Shown one piece after another: positions 1 to 13,049 of a stretch of 64,000 nt of DNA. Every line of letters starts with the position of its first letter. The first letter of the stretch is position 1. The translations under genes were made by a program, and so were the position numbers. The stretch comes from Octopus vulgaris (lineage: Eukaryota). A model generated the notes under the pieces. The model was not told where the DNA came from. It searched no databases and saw only the letters and a program-made list of their open reading frames with translations. The stretch spans positions 35,712,001 to 35,776,000 of the forward strand of contig OX597824.1 of the NCBI GenBank assembly GCA_951406725.2. The letters run 5' to 3'.

Positions 1-51
<51 letters not shown>

Positions 52-316
52 ACACACATACACACGCACGCACATAGTCATATGCATGCACGGCTATACT
101 CGCAAAATATAAAAGGAAGTACGAATGTATATTCTACGCAAATATCAACTTACAATGAGTTAATAAATTATTATTTTGATATTCATAGAAATATTAACTC
201 TAATCATTGTATGTGTAGGTGTTTGTGTGTGTATGTGTGTGTGTGCTTATGCACATACACACATATACATATACATAGATACGTGTGTACGTGTATGTGT
301 GTGTGTGTGTGTGTGT
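1..316. repeat. (CA)n/(TG)n microsatellite region
   Basis: Direct (CA)n at 1-72 and (TG)n at ~220-316; representative of dozens of (TA)n, (CA)n, (GA)n, (TATG)n, (TAA)n, (TAG)n and (CAT)n tracts in the window. Confidence 0.95.
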
Positions 317-522
317 AAAACAGCGTATGTGTAGGAAGAAAAGAAGGATGGGTTATGCATGATCTACACATCCGCAGCCACAGTCATATATATACATACA
401 CAATTACGTATAAACATATGCACACATACGCACGCACATACACACACAGACACATAGAGACGTGCGTGTGCATATATGATTTTTGGCCCATAGTTCTTTC
501 TCATTTTCACCATTCTCTGAAG

Positions 523-561
523 TGTGTTCCACTGAAAATATTTGCTGTATATTATAACAAG
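523..561 (+). other. Candidate 39-nt internal exon (CVPLKIFAVYYNK if phase 0)
   Basis: Pyrimidine tract ttctttctcattttcaccattctctgaag before it, perfect donor AAG|GTAAGT at 561/562; no protein family recognised. Confidence 0.2.
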
Positions 562-1215
562 GTAAGTTTTAACGGTACCGCCCAACTCATAACATCTTCA
601 ATTTAAACCAACCACATGTTATATTGCTGTGTTACTATATTGCTGTATTATATTTGCCTTATTTATTCTTTCTGCAAATGATTCTTCTACCATTTCTGAT
701 ACTCAATTACCAGCATATCCGTTTTGGCTTCCCATATCCAATCTCTTTCTCGATTTTATTCCTTCTCCACATCCTTGGATTTTTCCCTCCCTTTACCTTA
801 TATGGTCCTTGGAGATTACCTCATTAGTAAAAGTTATTTCTTTCATTCCTCGTTATCATCATCATCATCATCGTTATCGTTGTTGTTATTATTATCATCG
901 TCATCGTCATCGTCGTCGTTATCACCATCATCATCATCATCATACTTCAGAAAGGAAAATAATAAGCAATTCCTGCATTTTTATTCTCGACTATTTCTTT
1001 CTCTGACTTTCCAAATTCTTGCTACAAAGGTTGTTTGGGGTGGAGGGGTTTGTGGGTGGGGTTCCGTTTATACTGTTATGTTGCTTTCTGACCCTTTGCC
1101 CCCTTTGCTTCCACGAGTGAAGGTATGGCAATATGATTGAATTCCTGACGAGGCTGTTCAATTCAAGATTTATGGTGGTTCCAAACTGTAGAAACTAAAT
1201 AACACTGTCTCTCTG

Positions 1216-1324
<109 letters not shown>

Positions 1325-1596
1325 ACGTCTCCTGTTTGGGTCTTTTCTCCTTTCGCTTAGCAACAATATGTTTCTAGGTTCGATCCTACTATAAGACTTT
1401 GAAAATGAAAGTAGGTAGATGGAAATTGTGCTGAATCTCGTCGAGTGAACTTAAGATGTAATTCACCAGTAGGTTTAATACCATCAGCTAACCTTGATTG
1501 ACTTTAGCGGGTTCCACTCTATTGCAAGTATTTTGACCAGGGGATAAGCTATCTCTCTTCCTCCCACCAAACTTGAAGGCAGTTTGCCAAAAGAGA

Positions 1597-1657
<61 letters not shown>

Positions 1658-2873
1658 CTAAGACATATAAAAATAACAAATCATTCAGTATACATGTGAT
1701 AAATTGCTGGAAGAAACCTGAAATAAATTATACGTTTATATTTAGATTAAATTTTATGTAAACATTTCCTTTATCTTAGAACACGACTAAATTTTGTAGA
1801 AGCTTGAATCGACTTCAATACAGAGCTGGTGCTTATTTTCTCAAAGTCGGTGGAATGAAAAGCAAAGTAAGGTCAGGTGAGACTTGGAATCGGAGCTGTA
1901 AAATAACAAACAAGTTAAACTAAAACATCCAGTTCGGCGCTCTGCTGATGCATTCATCAAAACTCTAATACTGGGATTAAATTATTTTCGTAGATGATTA
2001 GTTAAGTATCAGGAAACGTGTAGGCAGTTGTTTGAAGTGCAGTGTAGCCGTAAATAATTTCTACAGCAAACATACAAATATCGACATAAGAAATGCTTAG
2101 TCTTACATATTTTGGCAGCGTTTGTGCTTAAAATGATAGCTTCTTCAGAACCACACGGTTCCAGGTTCAGTCCCATTGCGCGGTACTCGGGCTAATTGTT
2201 TCCAACAATAGCTTCAGATTCCTGTAATGGAAAGTTGTATCGAGATCCAGTGTGTGTGCGTGCGCGCGCGCGCGCGTGTATGTGTGTGTGTCTAACGCCG
2301 GAAAATTAAAGAAATTCGTGGTTTGCCATTCTCATCTCACTGCCAATAATGGAGTTAGGTAGTGATAGGTCTTTGCGAAATTTGCAACCGCTGACGACGT
2401 TATAATTCACAAATTCCGATATAAAATAAATAAATAAATAAATATGGACGCAATGATCTCCACTGGAAATACCTATAACAATACTCAAGTGTGACACCAC
2501 CAACTGCGACCAGATATATATACACAGAGTAAACTGAATGACTAATACTGTATTTAACAAAGAGAAATATTTGATAGCTGGAAAGTATTTAAACAAAATG
2601 TACAAAAATTAAAGTAAATACGAGGAAATTTAACAAATGTATCTAATGAATTCATATAAACATGGGCAGGAAAGAAATCGTTAAAAACATGTGCAGCCAC
2701 ACATCTGCGCATGTGCGCCTGTCTGTATGTAATTTATTTAAACTGAAGACCTCCATGGATATATTAGATTATTCAAAGAAGTTGTAAACATTTAGTTAAA
2801 GTGAAAACAATTGATTGTTGCAACTAAAGGCTGCTGTCTCTGCCGCAAAAACTTCCAAAACATTTATACTAAG

Positions 2874-3260
2874 TCGTGGCTGTGTGATAAGAAGCTTGCC
2901 TCTCAACCACATGGTTCCGGATTTCAGTCCCACTGCGTGGTACTTTGAGCAAGCGTCTTTCTGCTATAGACTTGGGCCGACCGAAGCCTTGTGAGTGTAT
3001 TTGGTAGACGGAAACTGTAAGAAGCCCGTCGTATACATATTTCTTTGTTTGTATGTTCGTGTGTCTATCTGTCTATGTTAGTCTCCGACCACCGCTTGAC
3101 AACCAGTGCTGGTGTGTTTACGTCCCCGTAACTTTGCGAGTCGGCAAAAGAAACATGTTCCAGGCTTAAAGAAGAAACATAAGTACTCGGGTCGATTCAT
3201 TCGACTATAAATCCTTCAAGGTGGGCCCCAGCATGACCGCAACTGAAACGAGTAAAAGAT
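2874..3260 (+). mobile_element. SINE family B (tRNA-derived, CORE-like)
   Basis: A-box gtggctgtgtg, B-box-like ggatttcagtccc, CORE-like actttgagcaagcg, tail gaaacgagtaaaagat; similar copies at 23392, 60177, 63135. Confidence 0.85.
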
Positions 3261-3275
3261 AAATGATGACGATGT

Positions 3276-3676
3276 CTTCTTTTCTACTCTGGGCTCAAGA
3301 CCCGAAATTTTTGGGGAAAGGACCAGTCGATTAGATCGATCTCAGTACGCAACTGGTACTTAATTTATCGACACCGAAATGATGAAAGGCAAAGTCGACC
3401 TCGGCAGAATTTAAACTCAGAACGTAAATACAGACGAAATATCTATTTATTTACTACCCACAAGGGGCTAAACACAAAGAGGACAAACAGGGACAGACAA
3501 ACGGAATAAGTCGATTATATCGACCCCAGTGCGTAACTGGTACTTAATTTATCGACCTCGAAAGGATGAAAGGCAAAGTCGACCTTGGCGGAATTTGAAC
3601 TCAGAACGTAACGGCAGACGAAATATCGCTTAGCATTTCGCCCGGCGTGCTAACGATTCTGCCAGCTAGCCTCCCT
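3276..3676 (-). mobile_element. SINE family A (tRNA-derived, Meta-domain-like), dimer
   Basis: Two tandem units, each with the gcctttcatcctttcggggtcgataaattaagtacc-type domain; 13-bp TSD atgatgacgatgt at 3263-3275 and 3677-3689. Confidence 0.9.
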
Positions 3677-3961
3677 ATGATGACGATGTATTAACAGAAG
3701 CAATGGAGAACTTATATGTTTCAAGTATTTTTCTCTTTAACGTTTTCTGTTAAAATCCCGACCTTGTCTTTCATCACCTCTGCAGCCAACAAAGTAAATA
3801 TCAAATATGGAATGAATCAATGTATCGATTATATCTCTGTCTTCCAAATATTTTACCTTGTGTTAATGTAAGATGATTGCAATCTAGTAAAATAGTCACT
3901 GAGTGAAAGTTGTATATATGAGATGATTTCACTTGCAATTGTAAGATAAACCAGGACGTGT

Positions 3962-4380
3962 TTTTATTTGTTTATTGCCCGCAAGGGGCTAAACATAGAG
4001 GAGACAAACAAGGACAGACAAATGGATTTAGTCGATTATATTGACCCCAGTGCATAAATGGTACTTATTTAATCGACCCAGAAAGGATGAAAGGCAAAGT
4101 CGACCTCGGCGGAATTTGAACTCAGAACGTAGCGGCAGACGAAATACCTATTTCTTTACTATCCACAAGAGGCTAAACACAGAGAGGACAAGCAAGGACA
4201 GACAAACGGATTAAGACGATTATATCGACCCCAGTGCGTAACTGGTACTTATTTAATCGACCCCGAAAGGATGAAAGGCAAAATCGACCTCGGTGGAATT
4301 TGAACTTAGAACGTAGCGGCAGACGAAATGCCGCTAAGCATTTCGCCCGGCGTGCTAACGATTCTGCCAGCTCGACACTT
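3962..4380 (-). mobile_element. SINE family A, dimer
   Basis: Two tandem units; TSD ataaaccaggac(g/c)tgt at 3946-3961 and 4381-4396. Confidence 0.9.
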
Positions 4381-4736
4381 ATAAACCAGGACCTGTATTG
4401 AATGACAAGACCACCCAAGACAATTTGAAGTTCTGATCTAATGCTGAATATTGGAATGGTTTCCTGATGCCCTATCGATGCTTGTTGATATAAGCTTTAA
4501 CTCAGCCTCACAAACTACACTACACCATTACACCATTCCATTAATGTGAGAGAAGTAGGCTGTACTGCCACTGTACCTGTTTCAAACAAAATGTTCTGAG
4601 CCGTGGAGACAACACAGCACCGGTGGCAGTCTTCAACTTCCAACTTAATTTATCATAATTGTTTCACAAACTCCAGCCTCCAGAATTTATCTCATTTCTT
4701 AAGTAGTTTGTACATTGCATTATTTTGATGTCGCTG

Positions 4737-4788
4737 TCATCACTGCCATCATCATCACCACCACCATCACCATCATCTTCATCACAAC

Positions 4789-4826
<38 letters not shown>

Positions 4827-4968
4827 CCATCATCATCACCATCATCATCATCATCATCATCATCACTACCACCACTACAACCATCACCATCATTATCATC
4901 ATCATCATCGTCATCACCACCACCACCACCACCACCACCACCATCATTATCATCATCATCATCATTGT
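4737..4968. repeat. (CAT)n/(CAC)n microsatellite
   Basis: Direct; source of the poly-I, poly-M and poly-S ORFs. Confidence 0.95.
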
Positions 4969-5261
4969 CACTATTTTCCAGGAGTTTGATATGGAAGTGT
5001 AGCTTATCTCTGGAGTAATTTTACAGTCCATTTGTTGGTTCTGCCTGTTTAAGTATGATTTATTTCCATCCCAGTCCCTTAATATCTGCAGCACTGTAGA
5101 GAATAGGAGGATATGGCTTAGAGTGGGACCCTTACCCTTACTTCATATTTTATCTTAGCTTCCTTCACCCCTATCACCTAACGATATTCCATATCAAATG
5201 TTGACCAATACACTTTCAACAACTCGTAACATTTATAACCAAGGCACAGTAATGACACATA

Positions 5262-5597
5262 GATACATACATACATACACACATAAATAAATGTATGTAT
5301 GTATGTATGTATGTATGTATGTATGTATGTATGTATGTGTGTATGATGAATGTATGAATGAATGTATGTATGTATGTATGTATGTATGAATGTATGTATG
5401 TATGTATGTATGTTTGTATGTATGTATGTATGAATGTATGTATGTATGTATGTATGAATGTATGTATGTATGTATGTATGTATGTATGTATGAATGTATG
5501 TATGTATGTATGTATGTATGTATGTATGTATGTATGTATGTATGTATGTATGTATGTATGAATGTATGTATGAATGTATGTATGCATGTATGTATGT
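5262..5597. repeat. (TATG)n microsatellite
   Basis: Direct; source of the YIHT/MYVC ORFs. Confidence 0.95.
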
Positions 5598-7129
5598 AAG
5601 CAAACAGTTGCTTAAAGTCTCTGATGTTAATATCTTATTCTTTTTCCATTGAGATTCAATTTCAAGTTCCTTGTCACTGTTATAATCACTGAGCTGTTCC
5701 ATTCCCCTACTTTATAATATGACATACGACGATTCGTCTGTTAACGTTGTCTTCATATATCATTCATAACTCATTATATACAATCATCCATTCGCTCATT
5801 TATTTCCCGCATCTAATCGCCCATTGCGATCATATTAACTCCCCATGCACACATACACTAACACACCTCTGTAGCGGACACTTCTTCCATTTTTCTTATC
5901 TTATGATATCGTTTGATAAATATTTCATTTTTTTTTTTTTATTTTCCTATTGATGTTTGACTGTGATTTATTAAACGATCAAATTAAAGTTTCTTCTGAT
6001 GAAACTCGTTCTTATAAAAAAAGAAATAAATTCCCTCACACCCACCCGCCTTCATTCATTTCTGCCTTTCCTAGTCCTAGTTCTAATCGCTCCCTCATCT
6101 TTACTAATTTTCCAGCCATCCTCTTAATCATCATTCAGAAAGTACTGCTTCCATTCTTGGTATGTACACCATCCCAACTATTATCCTCAACACTTTATAT
6201 TCCACTCAAACAATTCACCGCACTTCCGTCCTCATTGTTACCAATATTCCATACCGTTAATACAAGCTTCTATGTTTATTCCTTCTTATCACTATTACCG
6301 CCACCGCCACCACCACCACCACCACTATCACTATCACCATCGCCTCATCCCTTTCAAATGATTCACTATCATCTCTGCTCCTGTCACTTTTAACACTGAT
6401 GCAATATTCCTTCGTGAAGTAATAATTTGCAATCTTATTTCTCGACATTTGTGACTCTTTCTGTATTTCCTGTTTCATATTACATAACAGAAGATGCTGG
6501 AAGGATTTTTTTTGCTTTTTTGTTGCTTTGTTTTGTTTTGTTTTGTTTGTTTGTTTTTTGCTTCGTTTTTTTTTTAATTTTTTTTTTTTTTCATGATTTG
6601 TGGAGGAAATTCATAAGTTCGTCGCTTCCTTCTGAATTATGTTAAGTAATCGGATTAGCGACTGTGGATATCTATAGGTCCAAATCTAATTCATTGCCAG
6701 TAATACCATCAAAAAGTAATTTCTTGCAGCCAATGCAGCAGAGTGCACAAATGTTTCAGCACGAAACTAAGTCCATTATAGTCTTCAATTTGATTTCATT
6801 ACGTTTTGAATTCAAACCATCAGTGTTTGCTTCGTCCACATTTCTGCAAGGACGATTTTAAATATTCTTTACTAGTCAACATTTCCCTCATCTTAGAATG
6901 TATTATAATACTTCATCTTAGAATATATTATAATACATATTGTCCACGTAGATGGGAATTTCTCGTTCCCAAGGATCATTTTTCACCTGGTGACGTCTGA
7001 TGTTAAAGTACTTATAAGGCATTGAAGTCGCTACAACCGACTAGCATCCACGCAGCCTTAAAAGAAAATTCACTTGGTGCCAATTTAAACAATATATAAG
7101 TTTTACAGAGTCGCTAAAAATGAATATTG

Positions 7130-7346
7130 ATTTCAAATTTTGGCATAAAGCTAGCAAGTTCGGAGCATGGAGTAAGTCAATTACATCGACTCGACCTCGC
7201 TATTCAGCTGCTACTTATTTTATTGACCACGAAAGGATGAAAAGCAAAGTCGATCTTAGTGGAATTTGAACTCAGACCGTAAAGACGGTCGAAATACCAC
7301 TGAGCATTTTGCCCGGCGTGCTAACTATTCTGCCAGCTCACCGCCG
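7130..7346 (-). mobile_element. SINE family A monomer
   Basis: Reverse complement of the ggcggtgagctggcagaa head, B-box gagttcaaattcc and Meta-like domain. Confidence 0.85.
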
Positions 7347-8090
7347 TTGCTAACAGGAATATTAGTTCATGTTAACGATCACATAGACCCAGAAGTGAAG
7401 CTGCTGGTACAATGAACAAGCAGTGAAGTTTTCAGTTTCCGATTAAAGAGAATTCACTTCATTTAAAACCCTTGAGAAAACCATGAACACCGTGCATCTA
7501 ATTTTCCTTGAACATATTAGGGTTACGTAAGGTCTGCATAAACGAGAATTAGCGTAACCATTCCATTTGTGAACGTTCTTATTTTTTTCTTAATTCGTCC
7601 TTAAATTCAGTCTTTAACAACAATTACTTCGATACAACTAACTAAAACAGTTAGTCAATCTTTTGAACTTCATAAGACATGAAGGATTAAATAAAAAATT
7701 TCATTTGCAGTTACCATGAAAAGTTCAAAACAAAAGAGAACTCTTTAATCTAACAAAAAAATAATAATACAGTTTTAAAAGTAAACTATTACCTACATTC
7801 TTTTATTAAATCGTACTGGGGTTTGGCAAAATTAGGAATAACACCTTTTTAAACGATGAAGTATTACTCTGTATGTGTATACATACATACATACATACAT
7901 ACATACATACATACATACATACATACATACATACATACATACATACATACATACATACATACATACATACATACATACATACGTACACACATATATACAT
8001 ACACACACATGTGTGTGTTTATATGTGTATATATATATATTTATACATTATACACACACATATGCATATGTGTGCATACATATATAATAT

Positions 8091-8156
<66 letters not shown>

Positions 8157-8349
8157 AAATGTGGAGGTTTAGTTCTAGGTACGCTAGGCAAGTGCTGTAA
8201 CGGATTACTAGAGCTCCATGATTATAGCCGAGACGGTAGTTATGGGGCCATTGTAGATTTCCGATATAGCGGATATATAATTATTAAAGAGGACAACAAA
8301 CGTTAAGGCATGACAAGCATCTCAAGTCATATACATTAATGGAAAAAAA

Positions 8350-8795
8350 GATTCAAAGGCTAGCAGCTGTTTCTGGGATATCCCAGAATATGATATATTC
8401 CGATATCGGAGACAAATAAAGGAAAATGATAAGGGTACAGATTAAGGAAATGATGACATAGAGGACAGAAGAGTAGGAATAAGGAGATGAAGAAAGGAAA
8501 GAAAAAAGAAGCAGTTCAACTTTCTAGTCCTTAGGTGCAATCTTTTGTAACCTACATGGATTTACACAGGATTGCATCAAAGGACTTACGGACTTACTTC
8601 TACAGGATCAGAAAGTTGAACTGTGAACTTTTATTCCTCTTTTTTTCTTCTCTTTCTTCATCCCCTTATTTCTTCTCTCCTGTCCTATATCGTCATTTCA
8701 GTAATCTGTACTCTTCTCATTTTCCCTATTTGTCTCCGATGACGGAATATCTCGTACTCTAGGATTTCCCAGAAACAGCTGTAAGAGTTTGAATT
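8350..8795. mobile_element. Fold-back non-coding PLE-like element with a hammerhead-like motif on each arm
   Basis: Imperfect inverted arms ~8350-8535 and ~8603-8795; + strand motif CCGATGA(8736)-stem II-A-GAAA(8772)-CAGCTG-TA; decayed inverted copy at ~8360-8412. Confidence 0.6.
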
Positions 8796-9021
8796 GTATG
8801 TATGTATGTATGTATGTATGTATGTATGCATACATTCAATCACACTTATTAAAATTAATTGTTGTAAATCCAAGCCTTCCTGTTTGTGCAACATATGTGT
8901 AGGAGCTAACGAGCGTAATTTTCCCCCTGAAGAAACAAATATACCTTTAGTATATTTTCATACTGATATAGCGATAAAGTGTATAGAAGGTTTTCTGTAT
9001 TCCTCCACTGAATATTGATCT

Positions 9022-9229
9022 CAAGTTTTGGCATAAGGGTAGCAATTTCTGGGCCGGGGATAAGTCGATTACATCGACCCCAATCCTCAAGGGGTACTTA
9101 TTTTATCGATCCTGAAAGGATGAAAGGCAAAGTCGACTTCGGCGGTATTTGAACTCAAAACGTAAAGACGGGTGAAATATGCTAAGCATTTTGCCCGGCG
9201 TGCTAACGATTCTGCCACTCGCCGCCTTA
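9022..9229 (-). mobile_element. SINE family A monomer
   Basis: Family A head, B-box and Meta-like domain. Confidence 0.85.
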
Positions 9230-9747
9230 ACTCTCACTGAATGTATTGAGATTGCTTTACACTAGACATTATTCATTTTACTGCTAATGTCTGTTTAAAC
9301 CAGCACGGGGTAGTTTGCTCCAGGGAAAGTTCTAATTACCTACATCGTTGCCGTTTACGTTTTTAATTGAGGAATAATTAACACTTTTTAATTAGTGAGT
9401 CATTAATACCCTCAATCCTAATATAAAATGTGCTGTCAGTGACTGCCGTTATTCTATTTAGTCACAGGCAAGGGAACGGCATGAGTATGTCGACGAAATA
9501 CAAGGTTTACTCCCTCCTGACTTTTGTCGATTATCATTACAAAACATTCGAGATTTAAGTTGTTTAGTTTGTCCATATTTATTAAACGTTATCCTTCAGA
9601 TCTGCCGTTTAATTTGTCAACTCGTGGATCTTTTTATATAAAAACATAGTAACGCACATGACTTGATGACTTTATCGCTAAGATAGAAGGGAACCTCTAC
9701 ATGGTTGCCGTATATTCTGGAAATAACAAACACCTCATACACACATA

Positions 9748-9966
9748 TATTTCTTTACTACCCACAAGGGGCTAAACACAAAGGGGACAAACAAGGACAG
9801 ACAAAGGGGTTAAGTCGATTACATTGACCCCAGTGCGTAACTGGTACCCCGAAAGGATGAAAGGCAAAGTCGACCGCGGCGGAATTTGAACTCGGAACGT
9901 AACGACAGATGAAATACGGCTATGCATTTCGCCCGGCGTGCTAACGATTCTGCCAGCTGGCCGCCT
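9748..9966 (-). mobile_element. SINE family A monomer
   Basis: Full head to aaagaaata tail; flanked by the direct repeat catacacacatata. Confidence 0.88.
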
Positions 9967-10139
9967 CATACACACATATACACACCCCTTCCATCTTGAA
10001 ATAGATAATAGTCCTTGATAGACAGTATGATGGTCCTGCTTTTGATCATAATAAGTCTGTATGCGCAATCAGAGGTGTCCGCGAGGTAGGTTTAAAAACA
10101 ACCATCACAATTTATCCTGTCCTGTATTTTATTGCGTTT

Positions 10140-10267
10140 TCAAGTAAGACTGTCACTGCGATTATCTGGTTTGTCTGAGACAATAACCTCCAGCACAGTG
10201 AATAAATCCGTGAATCCATCCCCATGGATCTCGGCACGATGTTCGCCAGCGTCGGCGTCGAAAATAT
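10140..10267 (-). CDS. Candidate terminal coding exon (D)IFDADAGEHRAEIHGDGFTDLFTVLEVIVSDKPDNRSDSLT*
   Basis: Acceptor cttcctcttacttttcttctggtctctaccag, coding-like GC-rich codons, stop at 10142-10140, AATAAA at 10133-10128; product not recognised. Confidence 0.33.
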
Positions 10268-10687
10268 CTGGTAGAGACCAGAAGAAAAGTAAGAGGAAGT
10301 ACAAGTTTTATCAATATTCACCATTCTGGAAATTAACGTGGGTGGGCTATCATTGCTATGTCAAAAGTAAGTTACACTCACCAACGAAAAATGGCACTTT
10401 ACAATGGATCTACTGTTTATTTCTCTCTCTTTCTCTCCCCCCGTATTCTCCATCTCATGCCCATTCGCTCACCATGTATTGTGTTCTCCATCCTGATTCC
10501 AACCAACCATAGACACTAATTAATCCCCATATATCAAGAACCCAAATGCCAAATACGCTTCTATAATATTATATTATACATACATACATCCTTGCAACTA
10601 TTAATTAATAAAATCACAATCAATATATAACAGAGCGGGTATATTTTTATGCCGTCAAACAATATACTACGAATTATGGGATATAAC

Positions 10688-10752
10688 TAGTCAGAATGTT
10701 ACCGTCGGTTTCTCGCTGAATATTGACAGCTCCTCGGATATGCTGGCTGGAA
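10688..10752 (-). ncRNA. Hammerhead-like motif (variant core)
   Basis: CCGAGGA-GCTG/CAGC stem II-GA-GAAA-CCGACGG-TA, with an imperfect flanking stem I. Confidence 0.4.
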
Positions 10753-11529
10753 ATGCATAGCCTCATTAGCAGCAGAGGTAAAGAAAGTCTGGGTTGACTA
10801 GATCGTAATAAAAGATGCGGAATAAAATTTAATACACAAGTATTCAGGTAGAACAGCTAAACCCTTCATGGTTGCACTCGAATAACAGAAATCAGTGAAA
10901 AACTAACTAAAAGGAAAGAATTTGTATTTTTATGAATTTGTGTGCATACATAGATGTGTAATATATATTCAAATATACTGTGTGCGCGCGCATGTGCATG
11001 TATCGATAAACCATGTGTGATAACAAAAGACCACAATATTGTGTGGAATAGACAATATTTATTGAACGATACGGTGACTTTCATTAGTGCTTCGGGTTCC
11101 TGTGTCAAGAATTCGATTATCATAGCACATTTGCAGCTGTTTTTAGTCCGGTTTACTTAATGCCACCACTAACAAAAACTGCCATATGTACTGGGCTGGC
11201 AACAGCTGAAGGCGTGCAATGATCATCGAATTGTTGACATAGAAACTTAAAGTCCTGAATGTAAGCCTCCATATCTGTATCATTTAATTAATGTTTGTGT
11301 GTACGCGCGCGCGTGCATGTGTGTGCTGTATATTTAATGTTTTCAACATGTTTTGGCCGTTTAACTCAGACATATTTTTCTCTCTTCATCTATTTATTCT
11401 TTCTATACAAGAGTACAGTCTCGAAACATTAAAAGCTTCTTCCATTTTCCTTATCTTCAACAATCTAATACAACCTGTTTATTGTTTTTTCACCTCTCGT
11501 TGTGTTTTCTTTATTTTCGGATCATACGT

Positions 11530-11563
<34 letters not shown>

Positions 11564-11801
11564 TATATTGATTATTTCAGACTCACCGAGTGTGCTTGAC
11601 TAACGTTAGTTACACGAAGCCTTTGGGTATTGGGAGATAATCGTTTAACCATGTTGCCAAAACACTATTTTATTAATACACTTACACACACGCACACGCA
11701 CACACACGCACGCACACGCACACACACATATTTACGTTTGTATCCATGTATATGTATATGTACATGTATATATAAAGATATACATCTACACACATATTTG
11801 T

Positions 11802-11846
<45 letters not shown>

Positions 11847-11878
11847 AACACGCACACCTAGACACACATGTGTATACA

Positions 11879-11910
<32 letters not shown>

Positions 11911-13049
11911 GGTATTGGTTTACCGTTCCGTAAGCAATTGACGTAAATGCACTAAGCAGTAAAAGAAATAATCAGGAGATTATTAATTATATTTGCTTTG
12001 GTTAAGTTACTATTTTCACGCTTTAATCACCAACGTAAATGTTGTATATCATCTACGACAATGACGTCAATTGTTTCATCTAAATAAATTGTGATTCTAA
12101 GTGAAGTAACCACAGAAATGATTTACAACAGTCCGTGAAGAACAAGATTTGAATGGGAAAAGCCAGAGAGTTTACTTGTCTTACAAACAGTAAAATAGTG
12201 TTTTTTCATGTTCCTAAAGATATTGCAGCTGATATCATATCATACCCAGTCGTTTGACAAAAAAAAGGGAAGGACGCTTTCGATAAATGTCACCAATGAA
12301 GTCGTGTATTCTGAGAATATCCAGAACTTTTTTAATTGCTAAAAAGCGAAAAGTTCCTGATTTTTGATAAAGCCGAATTCTCCTTCTAATGCGTTTATAA
12401 ATGTCTACCGGAGAAGTAAATGTCCTTGGATGATAACTATTACCAGTTCTATAACTATTGGGATACATTTACACTGGATTTCTATTCCAAGACTATCCTA
12501 ATTGTTATAATTATCAAATTCGTTTTAATCTCGTTCCACTCTCCATTATAATGCTCTTCTTTTAATTTTCTCTAAAATTACTTCCTTTGGAGCTTCTGTC
12601 TTTCATATCTTTTTCACAGTATTTACTAAACAAGAACAGTTAAAATTGCGATATAAATCTGATTAAAACTTCTCCGTGATGTAATCTTGATGTAAAAATT
12701 CATCCTTTTTAATATCACTGACGCATTCTTTTAGTCATTAAATTATATCATAAGACGTTTTTGATAATCAAAAATTGTTAATTCATCAAGACATGCTTGT
12801 CAAGAAACGCTAATATCTGGAAATAAAAAGATCAGAAGTTAGGTCTGAAACTTTTGGAAATCACCGTGGCTAAACAGAAAAGGTAAATTATTAATTATTC
12901 TATTTGCATTAGGTTTCTCATTTCTCCTTTATTTGAAAGTACTTCTAAATAACTGTAACCAAAAATGCCTTTTGGAAACTAAGGTTTCCTCACGCAAATT
13001 ATATTCGTAATATTCCTGCGCACGCTCAAAGAATCAACAAAACATACTT

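Noticed and set aside
1144-1200. CTGACGA hammerhead core
   Set aside because: No stem II closure next to a GAAA, and no stem III.
12230-12620. Very decayed REL-like LINE remnant (CIPIVI motif)
   Set aside because: Too degenerate to delimit or assign with confidence.
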